A DNA stretch of 64,000 nt, from the NCBI GenBank assembly GCA_964521735.1, contig CAZFTO010000003.1:983-64982 (forward strand), written 5' to 3'. Below, one piece after another: positions 17,681 to 27,081 of the stretch. Source of the stretch: an uncultured Oscillospiraceae bacterium. Its GTDB lineage: Bacteria > Bacillota > Clostridia > Christensenellales > CAG-314. The notes under the pieces were generated by a model. It made no database searches. It worked only from the letters and a program-made list of their open reading frames with translations, and had not been told where the DNA came from. Each line of letters starts with the position of its first letter. Position 1 is the stretch's first letter. A program made the position numbers and the translations under genes.

Positions 17681-17710
17681 ATTATAGTACTTGTTTGTTT
17701 CAACTGTCAA
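17681..17710 (-). promoter_or_regulatory. sigma-A-type promoter for zinc-ribbon paralog 2
   Basis: On the minus strand: TTGACA (17710-17705), 18-nt spacer, TATAAT (17686-17681). Confidence 0.5.
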
Positions 17711-17752
17711 CAGTTACATGCGCTCTGGGTAGAAATGCGCAAAATTCACCTG

Positions 17753-19444
17753 CTAACCTAGCAATTCTGTGTGTTTGTTTGGGTCAACAATAACCGTTTT
17801 GTACACTTCGTATACGGCGAACCCCGGTCTTGATCCGTTGGGACGCTTAACGTTACGTTTTTCTGTGTAGTCGACAGGTATTTTTGTGCCGTCGGCGGCC
17901 TGTGAAAAGTAGGCACAAATTTCGGCCACTGTAAGTATGGTTTGCGAAGAAATTTCACTTTTCCCCTTAACTATAACAACGTGTGACGAGTGAATTTTTT
18001 GCGTGTGCAACCAAAGGTCTTCCGTGCGAGCCAATTTGAAGGTGACAAAACTGTTTTGCAAGTTGTTCTTGCCAACGAATACGTCGTGTCCATCTACCTT
18101 GTAGTGAAGTGGGGTCACGGGTGTTTCTTTCTTTTGTTTGGTTTTTTCGCGAATTAGCCCCAGTGATGCAAGTTCTTCGCGAATTTGCAACAAATCGTCT
18201 GCTTCCGTGCAATAGCGCATGTTTTGCTTTATTGTTTGCAGGTAGTTTAGCAATTGCTGATTTTCTTCTATTAGTTTAGAATTGTGTTCCACCGACGATT
18301 TAAGTTTGCGATATTTTTTGTAGTATGCTTGCGCATTTTGCTGTGGCGAAAGAGTGGTGTCTAAAGGGACGTCAACGTTGTTGCCATCATAAAAATTTGT
18401 GCAATGCAAATTGTTGTTGCCCTTCTTCAGTTGCCACAAATTGGCAATTATAAGGTCGCCAAACTGCCTGTATTGCTCTCTGTTTTCCGCTTCTAAAACG
18501 CTTTGTCGTTGTGCGGCAAGTTTTTTTTCTGTGCGTGAAACGGCGTTTTTGATGATGGTTGAAACGGATTTTGCCTTGTCGTTGAAACGGCGAATTTTGT
18601 CCGTCAAATAATAGTAGGCATCGTGTGCTTCATTAAGAGTTGGGTAAAAAACGTATTCTCCACGTTTGGAAAGATATTTGAAAGGAACAACTTCCACAGG
18701 CACGCCTTTTTGCATAATGACGCACGGTTTTTTGTTTTCTAACGACGTTTTGTAGCGAACAATGCCATCGACTACACGCTGAGTATTGATGATGGTGTGG
18801 TCGTTTTCGTCCACGCCGAACAACATTTCGTTCACCGTTGTTTGGGACACGCCCAGTAGCGTTTCGCAAAGCACGATTCTGAGCGGCAAACTGCATTGCA
18901 AAAGCATTTCTTGAATTTTAGGAATGTCGAACGGACAAATTTTTTGCCGAGGCGCAAAAAACGTATATTTTGCACCGGGAACAAGAATTCGCGAACTTTC
19001 CAAGTCCTGCGGCAAGTGTTTTATGCTGTCGATAATAACAAGATTTGCGTTGGTCAAAATTATGTTGGAAGTTTTTCCTGTCAGTTCAAAAATGAGGTGA
19101 TATTCGTTTTTGTAGCCCAGTTCGTCCGTTGCCGACAGTGCGAAATCAAGCACACGTTCAAAAGGCATTTGATAGACGGAAAGAATGGTGGCATTCGTAA
19201 GGTGTTTGCGCAGAAGCATGCAAAAGGCCGGCGCGATTTTGGGGTTATCCATGGGCGCCGTAGTTAAGTGAATTCTATTCACTCCTGCATTGGCCGAAAC
19301 AATAAGCTTGTGTGTTTGTTTGTTGAAAACGAACAGCACAATTTCGTCCTTTTCCGGTTGATAAATTTTTGTTATTTTGCCCCCGACCAGCGTTTGGTTC
19401 AATTCGTTTGCTAGCACGGATAGGCTTAGTGCGTCAAATGCCAT
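17753..19444 (-). CDS. rqcH: ribosome quality control factor RqcH (NFACT / FbpA family)
   Basis: AGAGGA SD then ATG 19444. The ORF-track Met 19576 is an extension. It has the MAFDALSLSVLANELNQTLVGGKITKIYQPEKDEIVL NFACT-N start and a C-terminal DUF814-like ..LWLHTQKIHSSHVVIV.. segment. Length is 564 aa. Confidence 0.85.
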   Translation of the reverse strand: MAFDALSLSVLANELNQTLVGGKITKIYQPEKDEIVLFVFNKQTHKLIVSANAGVNRIHLTTAPMDNPKIAPAFCMLLRKHLTNATILSVYQMPFERVLDFALSATDELGYKNEYHLIFELTGKTSNIILTNANLVIIDSIKHLPQDLESSRILVPGAKYTFFAPRQKICPFDIPKIQEMLLQCSLPLRIVLCETLLGVSQTTVNEMLFGVDENDHTIINTQRVVDGIVRYKTSLENKKPCVIMQKGVPVEVVPFKYLSKRGEYVFYPTLNEAHDAYYYLTDKIRRFNDKAKSVSTIIKNAVSRTEKKLAAQRQSVLEAENREQYRQFGDLIIANLWQLKKGNNNLHCTNFYDGNNVDVPLDTTLSPQQNAQAYYKKYRKLKSSVEHNSKLIEENQQLLNYLQTIKQNMRYCTEADDLLQIREELASLGLIREKTKQKKETPVTPLHYKVDGHDVFVGKNNLQNSFVTFKLARTEDLWLHTQKIHSSHVVIVKGKSEISSQTILTVAEICAYFSQAADGTKIPVDYTEKRNVKRPNGSRPGFAVYEVYKTVIVDPNKHTELLG

Positions 19445-19665
19445 TTTTGTTCCTCTTTTGCAAATATTATACACCGCTGGCAACAAATTAGGCAACAATA
19501 TTTTTATCGTTGGCATTTTATTGGTCAAGAAAACAATGAAAAAGTAGGTGATTTTTTTGTGCTTTGTCAAAAACAATTGCTTATTTCAAAGAACTATGGT
19601 ATAATTCAAAATTGTGAAAAGCAAAATGCAAACAGCGTTTGCACAGAATATGTCGGAGGATAAAC

Positions 19666-20955
19666 ATGAAATACACACAAAAAAGACAAGAAAACACTTT
19701 GACAATCACATTTAAGTGTGATTCTGCCGAATGGACGACTTTTGATAACAAAGCCTACGAACAAAACAAGGGCAAATACAGCGTTCCCGGTTTTAGAAAA
19801 GGACACGTTCCCAGAAACGTGATTGAAAACAGATACGGCAAGGTTTTCTTTGAAGATGCACTTTATCTTGCAGCGCAAGAATATTACACGGCATTTTTGG
19901 ATAAGAATAGTAGCGTGTACCCCGTTGCTCGTCCTCAAATTGACGAAAAAAGCATCAAAATCACCGAAAAGGGTGTTAGCTTTGCAATTGTAGTTACCGT
20001 TCGTCCGGAATTTGAATTGGGACAATATAAGGGTGTTACCGTTGAAAAATCTCAACCTCAAGTTGCCGAAGATAAAGACGTAGAAGAAGAACTTCAAAGA
20101 CTTCGCGAACGCAACTCTCGCATTATCGAAGTTACCGATAGAGCAGTTGCCGATGGCGACGAAGTAAATTTGGACTACTGCGGCAAGGTTGACGGCGTAG
20201 CTTTCCAAGGCGGCACGGCCGAAAAACAAACTTTGGTTATTGGTTCTCACACCTTTATTGAAGGTTTTGAAGAACAACTTATCGGTATGAATATCGGCGA
20301 AACCAAAGATATCAACGTTACTTTCCCTGCTGAATATCATGCAGAAGAATTGAAGGGTAAACCCGCTGTGTTCACCTGCACGATCAACGGAATAAGCGTT
20401 AAGCAATTGCCCGAACTTGACGACGAATTTGCTAAGGATGCAAGCGAATTTTCTACTTTGGAAGAAATGAAACAAAACATCAAGAGCGAATTGCAAGCTA
20501 AAAACGACAAGATTGCTCAAAACGCAGACGAAAGCAAGTTGATTGAAAAAATCGTTGATAACACAACCATTAACATTCCCGCTGAAATGATTGAAGAACA
20601 AATTGACGAATACATTGAAGATTTCAAATATCAATTGATGTATCAAGGTTTGGATATCAACAAGTACTATGAATACACCAAAACAACGGAAAACCAACTT
20701 CGCGACACCTATCGCGATCGCGCCGAAAAGGCTGTTCGCACACGTTTGGTGTTTGAAGAAATTGTTAAGGTGGAAAAAATCACTGCAACGGCAGAAGCTG
20801 TTGACGAAAAGATTAAGGATTACGCCGAACAAGTTAATAAAACTTTCGACGAATTCAAAGCTTCCTTGAATGCCAATGAAATTGCTTATTTCGAAAATCA
20901 AGCCGTAACCGAAGCGTTGCTTGCATTTTTGAAGAAAGAAAACACAATAGCGTAA
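19666..20955 (+). CDS. tig: trigger factor
   Basis: GGAGGA SD then ATG 19666. About 430 aa with a central FKBP-like segment (..VNLDYCGKVDGVAFQGGTAE..). It lies upstream of clpP-clpX, as is typical. Confidence 0.95.
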   Translation: MKYTQKRQENTLTITFKCDSAEWTTFDNKAYEQNKGKYSVPGFRKGHVPRNVIENRYGKVFFEDALYLAAQEYYTAFLDKNSSVYPVARPQIDEKSIKITEKGVSFAIVVTVRPEFELGQYKGVTVEKSQPQVAEDKDVEEELQRLRERNSRIIEVTDRAVADGDEVNLDYCGKVDGVAFQGGTAEKQTLVIGSHTFIEGFEEQLIGMNIGETKDINVTFPAEYHAEELKGKPAVFTCTINGISVKQLPELDDEFAKDASEFSTLEEMKQNIKSELQAKNDKIAQNADESKLIEKIVDNTTINIPAEMIEEQIDEYIEDFKYQLMYQGLDINKYYEYTKTTENQLRDTYRDRAEKAVRTRLVFEEIVKVEKITATAEAVDEKIKDYAEQVNKTFDEFKASLNANEIAYFENQAVTEALLAFLKKENTIA

Positions 20956-20960
20956 CTTTA

Positions 20961-20998
20961 GTGTCGTCGGGTGAATATAATTTATCCGACGCACTTTT
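20961..20998 (+). terminator. weak or partial terminator between tig and clpP
   Basis: GTGTCGTCGG...CCGACGCAC stem with one bulge, followed by TTTTAT. Confidence 0.45.
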
Positions 20999-21011
20999 AT
21001 AGGAGGAGAAT

Positions 21012-21593
21012 ATGTTGATTCCGATGGTGATTGACAGAACGGACAACGGCGAAAGAAGCTTTGATATTTTCTCCCGTTTGCTGGAAGACAGAGTGGTGTT
21101 CCTATCCGGGGAAATTACCGATGACGTCGCAAACCTTGTTGTGGCGCAACTAATCTATTTGGAATCGAAAGATCCCACCAAAGATATTGCGCTCTATATC
21201 AACAGCCCTGGCGGAAGCGTTTCGGCAGGGTTGGCCATTTATGATACAATGAAATACATTCGTTGCGACGTTTCTACTATTTGCATCGGCATGGCCGCAT
21301 CTATGGGTGCTTTTTTGCTTTCGAGCGGCACAAAAGGCAAGCGTTTTGCTTTGCCTAACAGTGAAATTATGATTCACCAAGTGCTTGGCGGTGCGCAAGG
21401 CCAGGCCAGCGACGTGGAAATTCACACAAGACAGCTGCTAAAAATGAAGAAAAAACTCAACAGTATTTTGGCGGAAAACGTTGGCAAAGACGTTGCCGAA
21501 GTGGAAAAAGATACAGACAGAGATAATTATCTTTCTGCCGAGGAGGCCAAAGCCTACGGCATAGTTGACGATGTGTTCTATTCTAGAAAGTAA
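21012..21593 (+). CDS. clpP: ATP-dependent Clp protease proteolytic subunit
   Basis: [39 protein letters not shown] (Ser) and IMIHQV (His) are present. Confidence 0.97.
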   Translation: MLIPMVIDRTDNGERSFDIFSRLLEDRVVFLSGEITDDVANLVVAQLIYLESKDPTKDIALYINSPGGSVSAGLAIYDTMKYIRCDVSTICIGMAASMGAFLLSSGTKGKRFALPNSEIMIHQVLGGAQGQASDVEIHTRQLLKMKKKLNSILAENVGKDVAEVEKDTDRDNYLSAEEAKAYGIVDDVFYSRK

Positions 21594-21612
21594 TTTGGCA
21601 AAAGGAGTGTAG

Positions 21613-22836
21613 ATGACTCACAATTATTGTTCTTTTTGTGGCAAAAGCGAAAGCGAAGTTAAAAGAATGTTGGTTGGACCAGATGGCGTTTGCATTTGCA
21701 ACGAGTGTGTGGAAACTTGCACGGAATTGCTGCGCGATGATGAGGTGCCCACCAAAAACGAAGACTTCAATTTGAAGCTTTTGAAGCCCGAAGAAATTAA
21801 GCGCGCTCTCGATCAGTACGTAGTTGGTCAGGAGGCTGCCAAAAAGACTCTTTCCGTTGCCGTATACAACCACTATAAGCGTGTTTTGTTTGCAAAAAAT
21901 GGTGGTGGCGACGTGGAGTTGGAAAAGAGCAACATTCTTATGCTTGGTCCTACCGGATGTGGCAAAACATTGCTGGCAAAAACGCTGGCAAAGGTGCTGG
22001 ACGTTCCGTTTGCCGTTGCCGATGCAACTACGCTCACCGAAGCAGGCTACGTTGGTGACGACGTGGAAAACATTTTGCTCAAACTTATTCAGGCCGCTAA
22101 CTACGACGTTAAAAAGGCGGAAATGGGCATTATTTATATTGACGAGATAGACAAAATTTCCAAAAAGACGGAAAACGTTTCCATCACGCGCGACGTTTCT
22201 GGCGAGGGCGTTCAACAAGCCTTGCTAAAAATCATCGAAAGCACCGTTGCAAACGTTCCCCCTCAAGGCGGAAGAAAACATCCGCAAGCGGAAAGTATTG
22301 CCATTGATACCACAAATATTTTGTTTATTTGCGGTGGTGCATTCGTCGGTTTGGATAAGATTGCCGAAAAGCGTCAACAAGGCGCCGGGCTGGGGTTTGG
22401 ACAAACCATTCGTGGCACGGAAGAAGTGGACCACGCAGAGCTTGTCAAAAATTTGCAGCCGCAAGATTTTATCAAATTTGGATTGATTCCGGAATTTGTT
22501 GGTCGTTTGCCGATAGTTGTGGGGTTGTCGCCGTTGGACGAAACTGCACTTGTTAAAATTTTGACAGAGCCAAAGAATTCGTTGATAAAACAATACAAAA
22601 AGCTGTTTGAACTGGACCATGTGCAACTAGATTTCGATGAGGATGCAATAAGGGCCATTGCGCAAAAATCCATCAAACTTAAAACTGGCGCAAGAGGTTT
22701 GCGCGCCGTTATTGAAAACTTAATGTTGGAATGCATGTTTGAAGTGCCGTCCATCGAAAACGTAGAAAAAATAAAAGTTTCGCGAAGTTGTGTTGACGGA
22801 ACAACCAAACCGCAAATAATAAAGCGCGCATCTTAG
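21613..22836 (+). CDS. clpX: ATP-dependent Clp protease ATP-binding subunit ClpX
   Basis: The CSFCGK..CICNEC zinc-binding N-terminus and the GPTGCGKT Walker A motif are present. Confidence 0.97.
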   Translation: MTHNYCSFCGKSESEVKRMLVGPDGVCICNECVETCTELLRDDEVPTKNEDFNLKLLKPEEIKRALDQYVVGQEAAKKTLSVAVYNHYKRVLFAKNGGGDVELEKSNILMLGPTGCGKTLLAKTLAKVLDVPFAVADATTLTEAGYVGDDVENILLKLIQAANYDVKKAEMGIIYIDEIDKISKKTENVSITRDVSGEGVQQALLKIIESTVANVPPQGGRKHPQAESIAIDTTNILFICGGAFVGLDKIAEKRQQGAGLGFGQTIRGTEEVDHAELVKNLQPQDFIKFGLIPEFVGRLPIVVGLSPLDETALVKILTEPKNSLIKQYKKLFELDHVQLDFDEDAIRAIAQKSIKLKTGARGLRAVIENLMLECMFEVPSIENVEKIKVSRSCVDGTTKPQIIKRAS

Positions 22837-22855
22837 TTGCAAGTGCAAAATTTTG

Positions 22856-22888
22856 TAGACATCTGCTTTTGCAGGTGTCTATTTTTTT
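22856..22888 (+). terminator. intrinsic terminator after clpX
   Basis: TAGACATCTGC-TTTT-GCAGGTGTCTA stem followed by T7. Confidence 0.85.
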
Positions 22889-23336
22889 GTTCATTTGAAA
22901 GATGATTCGAGTGCACTAAAAGTACCTAAACTTGCGGATATATATCAACGTTGCGGGCGTTTTGTTTTGCATTTTTGTGTGAGCTAGTGCAATTGCGTGT
23001 GAAAACAAAGTCCATTCTCGCTTTATTAGCGCACGTCAACGCAACTTTGATGCAAGTTTGTACGTGTTGTTTTTAATTATTTGTGGCAAACATGCAGTTG
23101 TTGGTGCTGTCGTCATTTGTTTTTGCTAGTTAATGTTTGTGATACGTTTTCAATAAAAGCTTATATGTGTTAGCTGGGCTCTTGTTTGATTTTGCGGCAG
23201 TGCAGTTGGTAATATAGTAACCGTTTGCCTTTTTGAAGGTTGGCAGCAAGGATGCGAAAAATTTTCGCCGACAACATTCAGTATTGCGATTGGATTGCGC
23301 ACTTTTCACGTATAAAAATCACAGTGCAATTTTTTG

Positions 23337-23365
23337 TTGCAAGAAAACGAATTTTATCTTATAAT
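23337..23365 (+). promoter_or_regulatory. sigma-A-type promoter for lon
   Basis: TTGCAA, 17-nt spacer, TATAAT, about 135 nt upstream of the lon start. Confidence 0.5.
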
Positions 23366-23499
23366 ATTAAAAAAATTAGGTTGTTTTGTTCCATTCGGCA
23401 GTTTAGTTTTGCTAAGTTTAACAACGAACAACGTTTTTTTTGTTTGATTTACTGGTAACAAAACATACTAATTTATGATGCATTTTTTGAGGTGTAAAT

Positions 23500-25809
23500 T
23501 TGAAAACTTATAACAATCTTCCTCTATTGGGAATGAGAGGGAACTTTTTCTTTCCCAACGTAAAAGCAAAGGTAGAAGTTGCACGTCCTATTTCGCGCAA
23601 TGCAATTAAGTTTGCATTGGAAAACGGCGGACTTATGTTCATGGTAAGTCAAGTGGATCCGTCTAGGGCTACACCTATTGCTCAAAACGATTTCTTTAAC
23701 GTTGGTGTTGTTGCCGAAGTTGTGGCAGTAAACAAAAACACCGAGGATTCCCTCGTTGTAACGGTGCACACTTTGGAAGCGGCTTCCATAGTGCGTTATA
23801 ATGCGTCCGACGATATTATTTTTGCCGACGTAGAAACGCAGGAATACTTTTGCAATGACAACACGGAAACACGTGCTTTGTTTATGAAGACTTGCCAACT
23901 TGTAAAGGATCTGCAAGAAATAAACGCCAATTTGAAAAAGCTTTCACTGGATAGTTTCACCAACGAAGAACATCCCGACTACCTTGCGTTTACAAACATT
24001 GTTGCAAACGAAGCGGTAACAAAATTGGCGGCACGTCAGGAAATTTTGGAAGACGTGGACTTGGATAGTCGCATGGAACGCATTTGTGTGTATGCTTTGA
24101 CAGAATTGGATTTTGTTAAAGTTGAAAAGCGCATTGCAAACAGAGTGCGTCAGCAAGTTCAGGACGGCCAAAAAGAATATTACTTGCGTGAACAAATTCG
24201 TGCAATTTCCGCCGAGCTAGGGGATGATGCCAACGAAAAGCAAGAGTACTTGGACAAAATAAGAGATTGCAAAATGCCTGCCGACGTGGAAAACAAGGCG
24301 CAAAAGGAATTGGGCCGTCTTTCCAAAATGGCGCCCACTTCGCCCGATGCCGCCGTTATTCGCAATTATTTGGATTGGCTTTGCGACATGCCTTGGGCGG
24401 TTGAAACAACGGATAATAAAGATCTTGATTTGGCGCGTCAAATACTGGACGAAGACCATTATGGTTTGGAAAAAATTAAGGATAGAATTGTGGAATTTCT
24501 TGCCGTTATGCAACTGACAGGCAAATTGAACGGTCCTATTCTGTGTTTCGTAGGCCCTCCGGGGGTTGGAAAAACTTCTATAGTTAAAAGCATTGCCCGC
24601 GCGCTGGATAGAAAATATTTGCGTGTTAGCCTGGGCGGAGTTCGCGACGAGGCTGAAATTCGTGGCCATCGCAGAACCTATGTTGGGGCAATTCCTGGCA
24701 AAATCATCTACATGATGAAGCAAGCTGCTTGCAAAAACCCAGTGCTGTTGTTGGATGAAATTGACAAAATGGGCAAAGACAACAGGGGCGACCCGGCAAG
24801 TGCCATGTTGGAAGTGCTGGATCCCGAACAGAATTTTAGTTTCACTGACCATTATTTGGAAGTGCCGTTTGATTTGTCGAAAGTTTTGTTTGTTTGTACT
24901 GCAAATGCAACGGACGATATTCCCGAACCATTGCTGGACAGAATGGAAGTGATAGAGCTTACCGGCTACACCGAATTGGAAAAGGTGGAAATTGCCAACA
25001 AATTTTTGCTTAGAAAGAATATGGCTTTGCACGGAATTCCCGATGGCAAAATTTCTATATCCAACGAAACCTACGAAAGAATCGTGCATTGCTACACAAG
25101 CGAATCGGGCGTGCGCAGTTTGGAAAGAATGATTGCCACAATATGTCGCAAGGTTGCTTTGAAGCTTGTTAAAGATCCCGACGTTACAGTTGAAGTTACT
25201 CCGCAAAATTTGCACGAGTTTTTGGGCGTAGAAAAATTCCGCGACGAATTGCCTGTTATTCCAGATACCATCGGTAGTGCACGTGGGCTTGCTTGGACGC
25301 GTGTTGGTGGTGTTACTTTGAACGTTGATGCTGCACTTTTGCCCGGCAAGGGAGACGTGCAATTGACAGGAAATTTAGGGGACGTTATGAAAGAATCCGC
25401 ACGGACGGCCATTTCGCTTGTTAAAAGTTTGGCGGACGAATTCGGCGTAGATAAAACTCTGTTTGAAAAAATGGATATTCACATTCACGTTCCGGAAGGC
25501 GCCATTCCTAAAGACGGCCCATCTGCCGGTGTTACCATGGCAACGGTTGTTTTGTCGGCATTTTCCAAAACGCCTGTTCGTGGTGACGTTGCTATGACCG
25601 GCGAAATTACCTTGCGCGGCAAGGTTTTGCCCATTGGCGGCTTGCGTGAAAAAGCGCTGGCGGCATATCGTGTTGGCATCAAAAAAGTAATTATTCCCAA
25701 AGATAACGAAAAGGATTTGGAAGAAATTCCTGCCGAAGTTAAAGATCAAATTCAATTTGTGTTGGCCGAAAACGTTTCGGACGTGTTTGCTAACGCTTTG
25801 GTTAGATAA
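23500..25809 (+). CDS. lon: endopeptidase La (Lon protease)
   Basis: TTG start with GAGGTG SD. GPPGVGKTS Walker A and the PKDGPSAGVTMATVV catalytic Ser motif are present. Length is 769 aa. Confidence 0.95.
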   Translation: MKTYNNLPLLGMRGNFFFPNVKAKVEVARPISRNAIKFALENGGLMFMVSQVDPSRATPIAQNDFFNVGVVAEVVAVNKNTEDSLVVTVHTLEAASIVRYNASDDIIFADVETQEYFCNDNTETRALFMKTCQLVKDLQEINANLKKLSLDSFTNEEHPDYLAFTNIVANEAVTKLAARQEILEDVDLDSRMERICVYALTELDFVKVEKRIANRVRQQVQDGQKEYYLREQIRAISAELGDDANEKQEYLDKIRDCKMPADVENKAQKELGRLSKMAPTSPDAAVIRNYLDWLCDMPWAVETTDNKDLDLARQILDEDHYGLEKIKDRIVEFLAVMQLTGKLNGPILCFVGPPGVGKTSIVKSIARALDRKYLRVSLGGVRDEAEIRGHRRTYVGAIPGKIIYMMKQAACKNPVLLLDEIDKMGKDNRGDPASAMLEVLDPEQNFSFTDHYLEVPFDLSKVLFVCTANATDDIPEPLLDRMEVIELTGYTELEKVEIANKFLLRKNMALHGIPDGKISISNETYERIVHCYTSESGVRSLERMIATICRKVALKLVKDPDVTVEVTPQNLHEFLGVEKFRDELPVIPDTIGSARGLAWTRVGGVTLNVDAALLPGKGDVQLTGNLGDVMKESARTAISLVKSLADEFGVDKTLFEKMDIHIHVPEGAIPKDGPSAGVTMATVVLSAFSKTPVRGDVAMTGEITLRGKVLPIGGLREKALAAYRVGIKKVIIPKDNEKDLEEIPAEVKDQIQFVLAENVSDVFANALVR

Positions 25810-25848
25810 TTTGGCATAAATTTGCGCACATGCGCATGCGAGGTTTGT

Positions 25849-26496
25849 ATGTTTACTATAAAAAAAGCATCCTACGTTAAAGGTGCTGCAACGTACGGTC
25901 AGTGCATTGCTTCCGATTTGCCCCAAATTGCAGTGGCGGGCAAATCCAACGTGGGTAAAAGCAGCTTGATAAACTATTTAGTGGGAGATAGCAAGCTTGC
26001 ACGCACCAGCAAATTGCCTGGAAGAACACGCCTTATCAACTATTTTTTAATCAACGAAAACACTCCTGACGAATTTTTATTAGCAGATTTGCCCGGCTAT
26101 GGTTTTGCAAAAGTTTCCGATGCTGAAAAATTGAAATGGGCAGACTTGTTGGAACAATATTTGGCAAAGGAAAAAGCGTTGAAGCATATTTTCTTTTTGG
26201 TGGATATTCGCCACGATCCAACTCGTGACGACGTTTCAATGTATAACTATTTGTTCAAAAACAACGTTCCCTACACGATTGTTGCCACCAAGGCAGATAA
26301 AATTTCGAAAAGCCAAGTTAAAAACAGATGTCGTTCCATTGCGGCCTTTTTGAAGGTGGGCGAAAGCAATATTATTCCCGTTTCGTCACTTAACAAAACG
26401 GGCAAAGAGCTTATTTTCGATAGAATCGAAAAGGTGTTGAAAGCCCATCGCTATCAACAAAACTTGTTAGACGAATTGCCTGAGGATGAACAATAA
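25849..26496 (+). CDS. engB: ribosome biogenesis GTP-binding protein YsxC/EngB
   Basis: ATG 25849 (MFTIKKASYVKGA..) after GAGGT. The GKSNVGKSSLINYL G1 motif is present. It lies downstream of lon, as in Bacillus and Clostridium. Confidence 0.9.
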   Translation: MFTIKKASYVKGAATYGQCIASDLPQIAVAGKSNVGKSSLINYLVGDSKLARTSKLPGRTRLINYFLINENTPDEFLLADLPGYGFAKVSDAEKLKWADLLEQYLAKEKALKHIFFLVDIRHDPTRDDVSMYNYLFKNNVPYTIVATKADKISKSQVKNRCRSIAAFLKVGESNIIPVSSLNKTGKELIFDRIEKVLKAHRYQQNLLDELPEDEQ

Positions 26497-26652
26497 ACGT
26501 TTTTACGCCGGGATAGCAAGTGGTGGCGTCCAACGGAAGGATGTTGTCTTCTTTTGGGGTGTTTCTCGACTGAGGACTGATGTTGCTCGTTGCCGAATAT
26601 CGTAAAAATAGCCACGAATATTTGCAATTGATTTTGTGCGTTTGCTAACAAT

Positions 26653-26684
26653 AGGGATTCGATATATTTTCGAATCCCTTTTTT
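26653..26684 (+). terminator. intrinsic terminator (copy A of a duplicated hairpin)
   Basis: AGGGATTCGA-TATATTT-TCGAATCCCT perfect 10-bp stem followed by T6. Confidence 0.8.
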
Positions 26685-26835
26685 GTTGAAGCTGAGCAAA
26701 AGTGTTTGTTTTCGATAGCCAGACGATATTTGTAGAATAGCTTGATCAAACAAACGGTACGTGATGCGCATATTTATGAAATTGTCACATAATATTTGTA
26801 GCAAGCAATTTTGCGCATATATTACTAGGATTTTG

Positions 26836-26862
26836 GGATTCGACTTTTCGAATCCTTTTTTT
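26836..26862 (+). terminator. intrinsic terminator (copy B of a duplicated hairpin)
   Basis: GGATTCGA-CTTT-TCGAATCC stem followed by T7. It has the same stem sequence as copy A, 183 bp upstream. Confidence 0.75.
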
Positions 26863-26958
26863 GTTCGGCAATGTGAAAGAGCTGAATACTTTTGGCGTAA
26901 TTTGGGCGAATAACAGTTAGTATTTGGCAATAGTTTGCCGGTGCATTGCAAAAATGTA

Positions 26959-26987
26959 TTGTATTATTTTGTGTGTTGTGGTAAAAT
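26959..26987 (+). promoter_or_regulatory. extended -10 promoter for the 27082 gene and coaX
   Basis: TTGTAT, 17-nt spacer ending TGg, then TAAAAT. Confidence 0.45.
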
Positions 26988-27081
26988 AACAATAGGTCGC
27001 ATCGACGTTTCGAGCGATACTTCTAGTTTTGTATCTTTTACCAAAAAGATATTCGTACCGTTTGGGCGAAATTGAGGATTT

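Noticed and set aside
23372-23499. Possible attenuator in the lon leader (TTGTTTTGTT ... AACAACGAACAACG followed by T8).
   Set aside because: Pairing is only two 5-bp A/T-rich helices separated by a bulge, with a loop of about 35 nt. That is too weak to call.
24217-25362. 381-aa minus-strand ORF. Similar long minus-strand ORFs occur at 19606-20994, 12323-13198, 29699-30637, 16009-16749, 5271-6041, 51537-52277, 37466-38197 and 21583-22218.
   Set aside because: Each lies entirely antisense to a confidently identified gene (lon, tig, thrS, uvrB, yebC, ftsQ, the ATPase, the antiporter, clpX). For those where I checked the phase (tig, lon, thrS, uvrB, yebC) it is codon-aligned with the sense gene. 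The translations are low-complexity (rich in F, N, C, V) and lack SDs. They are shadow ORFs caused by codon bias.
26653-26679. TTCGAATCC strings that resemble a tRNA T-arm.
   Set aside because: The sequence pairs with an upstream GGATTCGA arm to form a simple terminator hairpin. No acceptor, D or anticodon arms can be drawn.
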